A stretch of DNA of 64,000 nucleotides from Blastocatellia bacterium (GTDB taxonomy: Bacteria; Acidobacteriota; Blastocatellia; Pyrinomonadales; Pyrinomonadaceae), in the NCBI GenBank assembly GCA_963786645.1, contig CAWAZW010000003.1, positions 6,410 through 70,409 on the forward strand. Direction: 5' to 3'. The translations under genes were made by a program, and so were the position numbers. The notes beneath the pieces are model-generated. The model searched no databases and was not told the DNA's origin. It saw only the letters and a program-made list of their open reading frames with translations. Shown here one piece after another: positions 11,573-20,898 of this stretch; the stretch's first letter is position 1, and every line of letters starts with the position of its first letter.

Positions 11573-13470
11573 ATGCATAACTTCTTTTTAAAATTCCTGT
11601 TCTCCGCCACGCTCCTCCCCTTCTGCGTTGCGCCGCTTGCCGCACAGGCTCCGGAGATCCTCAAAATTGATCCGCCGAGTTGGTGGGTGCAGAGTTCGGT
11701 GAATCCCGTGCGCGTCCTCATCAAAGGTCGTCATCTTAATGGGGCCCGGCTGCAGGCGTTGGGCAGTGGATTACGCATTGTGGGCCAGCCAAAGATCAAT
11801 CAGGCCGGTACATACGTCTTTGCCGACTTTTCGATTGCCCCTACTGCACGTGCAGGTAAACGGCGAATCAGAGTTACAACTCCGGCCGGGGCTACCGAAG
11901 CGGGCTTTGATGTTCTACCGACCCTGAATCGTGCCGGTCGTTTTCAGGGGTTCTCGCCTGACGATGTGATGTATCTGATCATGATCGATCGTTTCAGTGA
12001 CGGCGATCAGACGAACAACGATCCTCCTGATTCACGCGGTATCTACGACCGCGATAACAAGTTTTACTACCACGGCGGAGATCTTCAGGGCGTCATAGAT
12101 CGTTTGCCTTATCTCAAGGACCTTGGGGTGACGGCGCTCTGGTTAACGCCCTGGTATGACAACTACAACGGTCTGAATCGTATTGAACTGAAAGAAGACA
12201 AGCCCAGCACGGGCTTTCACGGTTACAACCCCCAGGACTTCTATGGGGTCGAAGAACACTTCGGCACGCTTGCGAAGCTTCAGGAGCTGGTGGAAGCCGC
12301 GCACAAGGTTGGGATCAAAATCATTCAGGACCAGGTGGTGAACCATACCGGCCCTTATCATCCCTGGGTAGATGATTCGCCCACGCTCACCTGGTTTAAC
12401 GGCACCAGGAAGAACCATCTTAAGAACGTTTTCCAAACGTGGGTGTTACACGATCCACGACCCGTTGAGGATTTGAAGCGCGAAACAATGGAAGGTTGGT
12501 TCCTCGACTTTCTCCCGATCTGAACCAGAACGACAGGGAAGTTTCACGTTATCTGATTCAGAATACTTTGTGGTGGATCGGCACGACAGGCCTCGACGGC
12601 ATTCGCATGGATACCTGGCAGTATGTGCCAAACAGTTTCTGGCGCGATTGGACCAGGACTGTTAGACGCGAGTTTCCACGGTTCACTGTAGTTGGCGAAG
12701 TCAAAGATGGAGAGGTGGTCCATACCTCTTTTTTCCAGGGCGGCAGGGTCCGTTTTGACGGCGTGGATTCGGGCCTTGACTCGTTGCTCGACTTCCCACT
12801 CTTTTATCCGATTCGCCACGCCTTCGCGGAAGGTAAGACGCTGGATGATGTACCTAAGACTCTGGCGAAGGATTATCTCTATACAAATCCTGAAATTCTG
12901 GTGACGTTGCTGGGTGGCCACGACGACGGGAGGTTTATGAGCGAGAAAGGCGCCACCTTGGAAGGACTGAAGTTGGCGAATACTCTTGTGCTGACTACGC
13001 GTGGAGTGCCGCAGCTTTATTACGGCGACGAAATCGCGATGACTGGCCCAGACGAACCGACCACACGGAAGGATTTTCCTGGAGGCTTCCGCGGCGACAA
13101 GCGCAACGCTTTTACTCATGAGGGACGGACGCGAGAAGAGAACGACGTTTTCAACCACATTCGCAGACTGACCCTGCTGCGCAAGGATTTTGAGCCACTG
13201 CGTCGCGGAGAATTGATTAATCTCCATGCCACCGGCCAGCAGTATGCCTATGCGCGGAAGACAAGGGAGCAGCTTGCCATCATTGTCATCAACAACGATA
13301 AGACAGGCGCGACCATCGAGTTTGACGTTTCGCGTTTAGGCCTCCCAAACGGCACTTTGCTAAACGATCGTTTACTTCGCATCCGTACGGTTGAGGTTCG
13401 AGATGGAAAATTACGTGTCGCGCTTCCGCAGAGGGCGGCGGCTATACTCAGTTGTAATGCAAACTGTTAG
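11573..13470 (+). CDS. GH13 alpha-amylase family enzyme, paralog of 8023-9929 (1 frameshift at CCC 12514-12516)
   Basis: Fragments 11525-12523 and 12496-13470 align by eye along the whole length with the 8023-9929 protein. Shared segments include KIDPPSWWVQSSVNPVRVLIKG, GVTALWLTPWYDN, IKIIQDQVVNH, GLDGIRMDT and VVGEV. The signal peptide starts at ATG 11573. Confidence 0.85.
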
Positions 13471-13538
13471 TTGGCCCGAAGGTAAGTTGTAATCAGCGGT
13501 GGGCCAACTAGAAGTTTGCGTTACCACGAAAGTCGACG

Positions 13539-14258
13539 ATGAAGACAAAACCCTTATCCGAGCAGGTCGCTATCGTAACCGGCGGAGGCAGTGGGATAGG
13601 CCGAGCCTTCACCGAGGGGCTCGCCACAGCCGGCGTTAGAGTCGTGATTGCTTCGCGACGAACTGACGTCTTACGCCGGACGGCAGACGAGTTGAATCAG
13701 AAACTAAATACTGAGCTGGTGTTTCCATACGAGTTTGACATTCGCGATCCAGAGCGCGTGGACTTGCTCGTTAGTGATGTCTTCGCGCGGTGGAAAAGTA
13801 TTGATGTGCTGGTAAACAACTCCGGTCTCGCTGTGCCAGAGACGGCCGAGAAGATCACGGACGAAGGTTGGGACACAGTCATAGAGACTAACCTGCGCGG
13901 TGCTATGCAACTCGTCAGGGCTGTGCTGCCGCACATGACTGCTAATGACTTTGGCGACATCGTGAACGTCTCCTCGCAGGCTGGGAAGCATGGGTACGCA
14001 GACGTGCCTTCTTACTGCGCATCGAAGTTTGGACTGCTTGGTTACGCTGAAGCAGTGCGCGACCACGTTCGCAAAACGGGAGCAAACGTGCGGGTGTTCA
14101 ATTTCTGCCCTGGGTTGGTGGATGTTGTAAACACTCAACTAGAGCAAGCGCCTCACGATGGATTCATTCATGTTGAAAACCTGGCGAAGACATTGATGTA
14201 TGTTCTATCGCTTGAGCGCAATGTGGTGTTGGAAGATATCAACATGTATGCGCGCTAG
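13539..14258 (+). CDS. short-chain dehydrogenase/reductase (SDR) family oxidoreductase
   Basis: It has the TGGGSGIG cofactor motif, NNSG, and the catalytic S...YCASK. Confidence 0.85.
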   Translation: MKTKPLSEQVAIVTGGGSGIGRAFTEGLATAGVRVVIASRRTDVLRRTADELNQKLNTELVFPYEFDIRDPERVDLLVSDVFARWKSIDVLVNNSGLAVPETAEKITDEGWDTVIETNLRGAMQLVRAVLPHMTANDFGDIVNVSSQAGKHGYADVPSYCASKFGLLGYAEAVRDHVRKTGANVRVFNFCPGLVDVVNTQLEQAPHDGFIHVENLAKTLMYVLSLERNVVLEDINMYAR

Positions 14259-14371
14259 GGAACGGTCGCGGCTTTCCCGCCTGATGTGCGGCGGCCGTTT
14301 TCGCCCTGCCGAGCCTGGCCTTAAAATTTTAGGGCTACGCCCGTTCGGGGGGCAGCCCGAATGTCAAGATA

Positions 14372-14424
14372 GCGGCCTTGCCGGAAGGGCATAGCCACTT
14401 CCGCACATCAAGCGGCATAGCCGC
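14372..14424. repeat. REP-like hairpin element (GCGGC-N3-GCCGC family, degenerate copy)
   Basis: Left arm gcggccttgccgg (14372-14384) and right arm gcggcatagccgc (14412-14424). The preceding gatagcggc is shared with the copy at 49311-49351. Confidence 0.4.
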
Positions 14425-14458
14425 GATCCTATTTGCAAGTTCACATTCTGGAAGGACC

Positions 14459-15865
14459 ATGCCAATGCAAAAACCACGCTTAAGTTTCTGGCAGATTTGG
14501 AACATGAGTTTTGGTTTCCTCGGCATCCAGTTTGGGTGGGGCTTACAAATTGCCAACATGAGCCCGATCTACAAATACCTGGGGGCCGAAGAAAGCACGC
14601 TTCCCTATCTTTGGCTTGCCGGTCCGATCACAGGTCTGATCGTGCAGCCCATAGTAGGAGCAATGAGTGACCGAACGTGGAACCGCTTCGGACGGCGTCG
14701 CCCTTACTTTCTTGCCGGTGCGATCCTCGCCAGTATCGCGCTTTTCTTCATGCCCAACTCCGGCGCGATATGGATGGCTGCCGGTCTGCTCTGGATTCTC
14801 GACGCCAGTATCAACATCACTATGGAGCCCTTCCGGGCCTTCGTCGCCGATAAGCTACCCGAGGAACAGCGCACACTCGGCTTCGTCATGCAAAGCTTCT
14901 TCATCGGCATCGGTCAGACGCTTGCAAATGCGTTGCCGATTATCCTTACGGCGGTCGGTGTGACGGGCGTGCTGGCTAGCGGCATTCCGGTAACGACCGA
15001 GTACGCTTTTAAGATTGGAGCGGTCGTCTTCCTGCTGGCTGTATTGTGGACAGTGGTGACCACTAAAGAGTACCCGCCCGATGACATAGCCGCATTTGAG
15101 CGGATGAAACGTGAACGCCGTGGAGTGCTTGGTGGTTTTGTCGAGATCTTTTCATCGATCAAGGAAATGCCGAAGACGATGAAGCAGCTCGCCGTCGTGC
15201 AGTTCTTTACCTGGTTTGCGTTGCCATGCATGTGGCAGTTTTTCGGCTTGGCTGTCGCGCGACAAGCATTCGGTGCCACCGATTCAAACACGCCGGGATT
15301 CAAAGAGGGAACGGAATGGGGCGGTCTTTGCTTTGCGGTCTATAACATTGTTTGCTTTGCGATTGCCTTCCTGCTGCCGGCTCTTGCTAAAGCAACGAGC
15401 CGTAAGACCGTTCACGCAATCGCCCTTTTTTGCGGTGGCCTTGGCCTTATTTCGGTCTATTTTATCCAGAATAAGTACGGGTTTTGGCTTTCAATGGCCG
15501 GCGTTGGTATTGCCTGGGCTTCAATCCTCTCGATGCCTTACGTCATGCTATCTACTGCCGTGCCGCCGATGCGTATGGGGATATATATGGGTGTCTTCAA
15601 CCTTTTCATAGTAATTCCTCAAGTGGTCATGTCGTTCGTCATGCCGCCGCTCATCAATAACGTTATTGGTGACGATCCGGTCAGGGTAGTAATGATCGGC
15701 GGGGCGAGCCTTCTGGTGGCAGCGCTCTCAGTCTTCATTGTTGATGATTCAAACAAAGCTGTCCCTGTCAGTAGCGTTCTGGAAGCCGACGAACATGAAC
15801 TACTGACGACTGTGGGCACAGCGCAACCGGTACCCAGCACCGGGCTGATCGACAAGGAAGGTTAG
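14459..15865 (+). CDS. MFS/GPH-type glycoside transporter (SLC45 / sucrose-maltose symporter-like)
   Basis: Twelve hydrophobic segments. [15 protein letters not shown] and [16 protein letters not shown] are typical of sucrose/maltose H+ symporters. The start is ATG 14459. Confidence 0.8.
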   Translation: MPMQKPRLSFWQIWNMSFGFLGIQFGWGLQIANMSPIYKYLGAEESTLPYLWLAGPITGLIVQPIVGAMSDRTWNRFGRRRPYFLAGAILASIALFFMPNSGAIWMAAGLLWILDASINITMEPFRAFVADKLPEEQRTLGFVMQSFFIGIGQTLANALPIILTAVGVTGVLASGIPVTTEYAFKIGAVVFLLAVLWTVVTTKEYPPDDIAAFERMKRERRGVLGGFVEIFSSIKEMPKTMKQLAVVQFFTWFALPCMWQFFGLAVARQAFGATDSNTPGFKEGTEWGGLCFAVYNIVCFAIAFLLPALAKATSRKTVHAIALFCGGLGLISVYFIQNKYGFWLSMAGVGIAWASILSMPYVMLSTAVPPMRMGIYMGVFNLFIVIPQVVMSFVMPPLINNVIGDDPVRVVMIGGASLLVAALSVFIVDDSNKAVPVSSVLEADEHELLTTVGTAQPVPSTGLIDKEG

Positions 15866-15887
15866 GGCGTTTGCCGGAGGAAGAAAC

Positions 15888-17297
15888 ATGAATCGCGCTT
15901 TGAAATTGTTTCTCGGGACCTTGGTACTGCTGGTTGGATCAACAGGAGACGCTCGGGCTTGCGTTTGCGGTATGAGCTTTCTTCAGTGGCAGCCCTGTTC
16001 TGCTTATTGGAACGCAGATGTGGTCTTCGCCGGCACGGTTACTGAAGTTGGACCAATGATTCCGGTCAAGGGCAGCGATGGTAAGTCATTTTCTGCAAAC
16101 GGGCGCTTCACTCGCTTCAGGGTAGACGACGCGTTTCGCGGCGTAACCGGAGTTGTAGTTGAGACCTACGAACACGGAACCTCATGCGACTACCATTTCA
16201 AACAGGGCGAACAATACTTTGTTTACGGCAACCGCGATCCTAAAGACGGACGGATCTATGTAGGCAGTTGCACCGCAACTAAGTCCCTGGCTCATTCAGC
16301 GGCGGATCTTGATTTTGCTCGGGGCGCAGCGCGTGGCGATTCAATGCCCAGCCTTATAGGCGCAATAAATCGCGAGATACGGCAGGACGCCGCTTCGTAT
16401 CGCAGCCAAAAACCGATGGAGAGCGTCGAAGTGGCCGTGGAAGGAAATGGACGATCGTTGACAGCAAAAACGGATGCTGAAGGTCGCTTTAGATTTTATG
16501 GGCTCGCCGCCGGGAAATATCGCGTCACAGCGAGGACATCTCGTGAGCTCCGTAGTCTTTATGGGCCTGAATCCGTCGAAGTGACCATTCGCGATGGACG
16601 CTGCAGCGGGGCAAGCTTCACAATTACTTCCTTGTCCCCTGTCACCGGTACCGTGTTGGACCATACGGGCAAACCCGCGCAGGTCCGTTTGAATCTGGTG
16701 CTCCTGGATGAAGCGGGTGAGGAGACGCAGATGGCGGAAGGCAGTGTCGAATCCTACTCAACGCCTGATGGGGTTTATAAGTTTGATTGGGTGGCCCCCG
16801 GCCGCTACCGGCTGGCAGTTAACGCCAAAAGCCAGCCCGGAAGTTCTGACCCTCCTTACCCACGTGCGTACCTGCCTGGAGTCATCGATCCATCACAAGC
16901 AATCATCATCGAGATAACAGAAAGACAGGGATACGAAGCGCCGGAGTTTCGACTGCCGCCCCCGCTTGCGGAGGCGACCGTTGAGGGTATTGTGTTTCTT
17001 CCCGACGGTTCGCCAGCAATCGGAGCATTAATCTCACTCGAATTCACTGAGCGTGAGTGGTTTGAAACGTTTAGTACCGATAGCCAGGGGCGTTTCAATC
17101 TCAAAGTTTTCGCCGGTTACAAGTACCTGATATCAGCAGAACTCCGCAAAGAAGTTGCCGGCAAGTGGATCGCCACGCACTCTGCCCCAATTGAAGTGGT
17201 CGCCGGAGACACTACCGAACAGTTGAAACTAACAGTAAACCGAACGGGTTTCTATAGGCCCGCATTTGTGAGGCAGAAGCGCGAGGTGCCCAAATGA
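15888..17297 (+). CDS. secreted protein: N-terminal TIMP/NTR-like domain followed by carboxypeptidase-regulatory-like beta-sandwich repeats
   Basis: Intact 469-aa ORF. The signal peptide ends ...GDARA, then CVCGMSFLQWQPCSAYWNADVVF. Repeats such as TDAEGRFRFYGLAAGKYRV, TPDGVYKFDWVAPGRYRL and TDSQGRFNLKVFAGYKY follow. The stop overlaps the next start as ATGA. Confidence 0.7.
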   Translation: MNRALKLFLGTLVLLVGSTGDARACVCGMSFLQWQPCSAYWNADVVFAGTVTEVGPMIPVKGSDGKSFSANGRFTRFRVDDAFRGVTGVVVETYEHGTSCDYHFKQGEQYFVYGNRDPKDGRIYVGSCTATKSLAHSAADLDFARGAARGDSMPSLIGAINREIRQDAASYRSQKPMESVEVAVEGNGRSLTAKTDAEGRFRFYGLAAGKYRVTARTSRELRSLYGPESVEVTIRDGRCSGASFTITSLSPVTGTVLDHTGKPAQVRLNLVLLDEAGEETQMAEGSVESYSTPDGVYKFDWVAPGRYRLAVNAKSQPGSSDPPYPRAYLPGVIDPSQAIIIEITERQGYEAPEFRLPPPLAEATVEGIVFLPDGSPAIGALISLEFTEREWFETFSTDSQGRFNLKVFAGYKYLISAELRKEVAGKWIATHSAPIEVVAGDTTEQLKLTVNRTGFYRPAFVRQKREVPK

Positions 17298-18721
17298 GGA
17301 TCCTGCCGCTCAACAGACTAGCCGTTTCGCTCGCGTTAGTTTTTTCTCTAAGTCTAACTACGCCGCCACAGTCCCGCCCTGCGGATGACGTTTCGAAAAA
17401 GTCCGCCAGGACCGCCCGCGAATGGGTGCGCGACGGCGTCATTTACGAAATCTATCCGCGTGCTTTTTCGCAGCAGGGAAACTTCAACGGGATTACCGCT
17501 CGGCTTGATGACTTGAAGGAACACGGCGTGACTATCCTTTGGTTGATGCCCATACATCCAATTGGCCAACTAAAGAAGAAGGGAACCATCGGTAGCCCGT
17601 ACGCAGTGCGCGACTATTACGGAATCAATCCTGACTACGGCTCGAAAGAAGATCTTAAGCGTTTAATCTCCGAGTCTCACAAGCGCGGTATGAAGGTGAT
17701 CATTGATATCGTCGCCAATCACACCTCCTGGGACAGTGTGTTGATGAAGCATCCGGAATTCTACAAGCGCGACGCGAAAGGCAACATCACCTTTCCCTAC
17801 GATTGGTATGACATCGCCGCCCTTGACTACAGCAACGCGCAGTTGCGTCGTTATATGATCGACATGTTGAAGTACTGGATTCGTGAGTTTGACCTGGATG
17901 GTTTTCGTTGTGACGTCGCCGGCGAAGTCCCAACGGATTTTTGGGAAAACGCGCGCGCCGAATTGGACCAAATCAAACCCGACATTTTCTTGCTGGCCGA
18001 AGCACACAAAGCTGAGTTACTGGTGAAGGCGTTTGAGCTGGACTACTCCTGGCCGATGCACAGCGCGTTAACCGATGTGTTGCAGGGACGTAAGAGTGCC
18101 GGTGAGATTCGCGCGGCGTGGGAAGACGAAGTCAAGAAGTGGCCGCGGAATTCCCTGCACATGCGGTTTTCGGATAATCACGACGAGCGTCGTGCGATTG
18201 CGCGTTTCGGCGAACGTGGCGCATTGGCGGCCTCGGCGTTGGTATTTACTTTGGATGGCGTGCCGCTCATTTACAACGGAATGGAGGCGGGCGACACGAC
18301 TGAATCAGGCGCGCCGGCGCTATTTGAAAAGCTGCCAATCTTCTGGCCTTTTGCGGAACGCCGGCCGGAGTTTCCGAGATTCTACAAGCAGATGACTGCG
18401 TTGCGACGTTCGAGCAATGCGCTGAGGCGTGGTTCGCTCGAGTGGTTACATAATTCCGACGAGACGCGCATCGTTAGTTACCTGCGGCGCACACGGAATG
18501 AAGAAGTGTTGGTTGCTATCAACCTCTCGAGTCAACGGTTTGTGGGCTCGATTGAAGTACCGGCTCAGCCGGGCTTTAAGGACGTCACTCCCGACGTGGG
18601 CGCGCCGTTACCGCCTGACGTGTTCAATCCGGATCGTACCGCGAGAAACCGGACAGTAGGCTTGCCGGCGCTGGCCTTAGAAGCGTGGGGTTACCGCATC
18701 TTCCGTCGAGAGATAAAGTAG
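17294..18721 (+). CDS. secreted GH13 alpha-amylase family enzyme
   Basis: Intact ORF with a signal peptide. GH13 regions are GVIYEIYPRAF, VTILWLMPIHP, VIIDIVANHTS, GFRCDVAGEVP, LLAEA and SDNHDE. Confidence 0.85.
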   Translation: MRILPLNRLAVSLALVFSLSLTTPPQSRPADDVSKKSARTAREWVRDGVIYEIYPRAFSQQGNFNGITARLDDLKEHGVTILWLMPIHPIGQLKKKGTIGSPYAVRDYYGINPDYGSKEDLKRLISESHKRGMKVIIDIVANHTSWDSVLMKHPEFYKRDAKGNITFPYDWYDIAALDYSNAQLRRYMIDMLKYWIREFDLDGFRCDVAGEVPTDFWENARAELDQIKPDIFLLAEAHKAELLVKAFELDYSWPMHSALTDVLQGRKSAGEIRAAWEDEVKKWPRNSLHMRFSDNHDERRAIARFGERGALAASALVFTLDGVPLIYNGMEAGDTTESGAPALFEKLPIFWPFAERRPEFPRFYKQMTALRRSSNALRRGSLEWLHNSDETRIVSYLRRTRNEEVLVAINLSSQRFVGSIEVPAQPGFKDVTPDVGAPLPPDVFNPDRTARNRTVGLPALALEAWGYRIFRREIK

Positions 18722-18760
18722 GTTTTAGCTGTTGCCAGGGATGTAAAGAACAAGACCACA

Positions 18761-20893
18761 TTGTCTAGACCTCTTTTTATTTTCGTGATGTTGTCAGCAG
18801 CTCTGTTCGGACAAGCAGCCAACCGGCAAGCGCCGGGCGCTCCCGGACAGGATGCTCATTGGCCCAGCGCAGCCAAAAACGGTTTCGGTACATCCGATAC
18901 GATCGCCTCAAAAGTATGGTTCACACTTAATAACGGGGTAATGACCGAGGTGTTTTACCCAAGACTTGATGTGCCCAATTCGCAAACTCTCCAGTTGATT
19001 ATCTGCAACCAACGAGGATGTCAGATTGAGGCAGAAGACTCGGTACACGAAATTCGAGTCCTTGATTCGCGGTCCCTTTCCTTTCAGCAAATCAATAAGG
19101 CAAAGGATGGCTCCTATGTCATCACCAAGACCTACGCCACTGATCCTGAGCGCGCTACTATTCTGATCCAAGTTGACATCGCTTCCGCGCCGGGCGGTGA
19201 TATCTATGTCTTCTTCGACCCATCGCTTAATAACAGCGGGATGCATGACACGGGTTGGACAAAGAGCAGTGCCTTGCTTGCTGTAGATGCAAATGTCGCA
19301 TCAGCGCTGATTTCCAGCAGTGGTTTTTCGGAGACGGCCAATGGCTTCCTGGGTAGCAGCGATGGTTTGACCCAGCTAAAACAAAAAGGCGTTATCACAG
19401 ACAAGTATGAACGAGCGGAAAATGGAAACGTCGTTCAGGTCGCGCGAGTAGCCCGAGCGAGAAGCTTCACACTCGCGCTTGGATTTGGTGCCAAGCCAGA
19501 GGAAGCCTTGATGAACGCGCAAGCTTCACTGGCTAAAGGTTTCGCGCGGGTAAGTAGCGACTACGACGCCGGGTGGCACGCCTATCTGCGATCCTTGCGG
19601 CGGGTGGAGCCAAGGTATGAGCGGCAGTTCAACATGTCGGCAATGGTTTTGAAAGCTCTGGAAGACAAAACCTATCGTGGCGCGATGGCTGCTTCACCCT
19701 CGGTTCCGTGGGGTGGTGGACCAAACGCTAATGAAGCAACGGTCAGCGGCTATCATGCGGTTTGGTCGCGCGACCTTTATCACGTCAGCACTGCTTTCCT
19801 GGCAATGGGCGATCGGGCTACGGCAGATCGCGCGCTCAACTATCTCTTCAGGACACAGCAAAAGCGCGACGGTAGTTTTCCGCAGAATTCGTGGATTGAT
19901 GGCAGGACAATTGGCAACGGAATTCAGATGGACCAGGTGGCGTTTCCTATATTGCTTGCCCACCAACTCGGTCGCAACGAGCGCGACACCTGGGTGAAAC
20001 ACATTAAGCCTGCGGCAGATTTCATAGTTCGCAGCGGCCCAACCACAGAACAGGACCGCTGGGAAGAGGAATCGGGATATTCACCGGCCACCATTGCCGC
20101 GCAGATTGCGGGGCTCGTTTGTGCGGCCCGCATCGCGATGGTGAATGGCGATGCCGCGTCGGCCACCACCTATCTTAATAAGGCCGATGAATGGGCGATT
20201 GGCCTGGATAGTTGGACTGTTACTACGACTGGCCCACATATGAAGGGAAAATACTACCTTCGCATAACTCAAGGCGATCCAAACGCATCGGCGGCGCTCG
20301 AAATAAACAGCGGCGGCGGCCTTTATGACCAGCGACTAATTGTCGATGCAGGGTTTCTGGAACTGGTCCGGTTAGGAATCAGAAAAGCGTCCGACACGAC
20401 GATTGTTGGTTCGTTAAGGGTAGTCGACGAATTGATTAAGGTGAACACACCCAACGGCCCGGCCTGGTATCGCTATAACCACGACGCGTATGGCGAAGGC
20501 CCGGATGGCCGGGACTATGACGCTCGCACCGGCAAAGGACGCCTGTGGACGTTGCTTACCGGCGAAAGAGGCGAGTATGAGTTGGCGCGGGGGAACTTTG
20601 GCGCTGCACATCGCAGTCTCGACGCCATGATGAAGTTTGCAAACGATGGGCTTATGATTCCCGAGCAGGTCTGGGACCAGCGGGAATCGCCGCGGCCAGA
20701 CCTTCGAATTGGTGAAGGGACAGGCTCCGCGACGCCCTTGGCCTGGTCCATGGCACAGTTTGTTCGGCTCGCACTAAACGTTCGTGCTAAACGTAATCTC
20801 GAAACACCCGCAGTTGTGCGCGCGCGTTATTTGCACGCACCAGGCAACAAACCCGATCGACTGCGCTTTCGAAAATCTTCTCCAAACAGGTAA
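18761..20893 (+). CDS. GH15 glucoamylase (glucan 1,4-alpha-glucosidase) with bacterial N-terminal domain
   Basis: Intact 710-aa ORF with a TTG start and a signal peptide. It has GYHAVWSRDLY, DRWEEESGYSPATIAAQIAGL and LMIPEQVWD. Confidence 0.85.
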   Translation: MSRPLFIFVMLSAALFGQAANRQAPGAPGQDAHWPSAAKNGFGTSDTIASKVWFTLNNGVMTEVFYPRLDVPNSQTLQLIICNQRGCQIEAEDSVHEIRVLDSRSLSFQQINKAKDGSYVITKTYATDPERATILIQVDIASAPGGDIYVFFDPSLNNSGMHDTGWTKSSALLAVDANVASALISSSGFSETANGFLGSSDGLTQLKQKGVITDKYERAENGNVVQVARVARARSFTLALGFGAKPEEALMNAQASLAKGFARVSSDYDAGWHAYLRSLRRVEPRYERQFNMSAMVLKALEDKTYRGAMAASPSVPWGGGPNANEATVSGYHAVWSRDLYHVSTAFLAMGDRATADRALNYLFRTQQKRDGSFPQNSWIDGRTIGNGIQMDQVAFPILLAHQLGRNERDTWVKHIKPAADFIVRSGPTTEQDRWEEESGYSPATIAAQIAGLVCAARIAMVNGDAASATTYLNKADEWAIGLDSWTVTTTGPHMKGKYYLRITQGDPNASAALEINSGGGLYDQRLIVDAGFLELVRLGIRKASDTTIVGSLRVVDELIKVNTPNGPAWYRYNHDAYGEGPDGRDYDARTGKGRLWTLLTGERGEYELARGNFGAAHRSLDAMMKFANDGLMIPEQVWDQRESPRPDLRIGEGTGSATPLAWSMAQFVRLALNVRAKRNLETPAVVRARYLHAPGNKPDRLRFRKSSPNR

Positions 20894-20898
20894 AGCAC

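Noticed and set aside
12544-13227. 227-aa antisense ORF inside the second GH13 gene. Similar shadows occur at 60849-61508, 52938-53570, 42475-43077 and 20787-21305.
   Set aside because: Each is fully nested opposite a gene with clear family motifs. None has an SD sequence or recognisable motifs.
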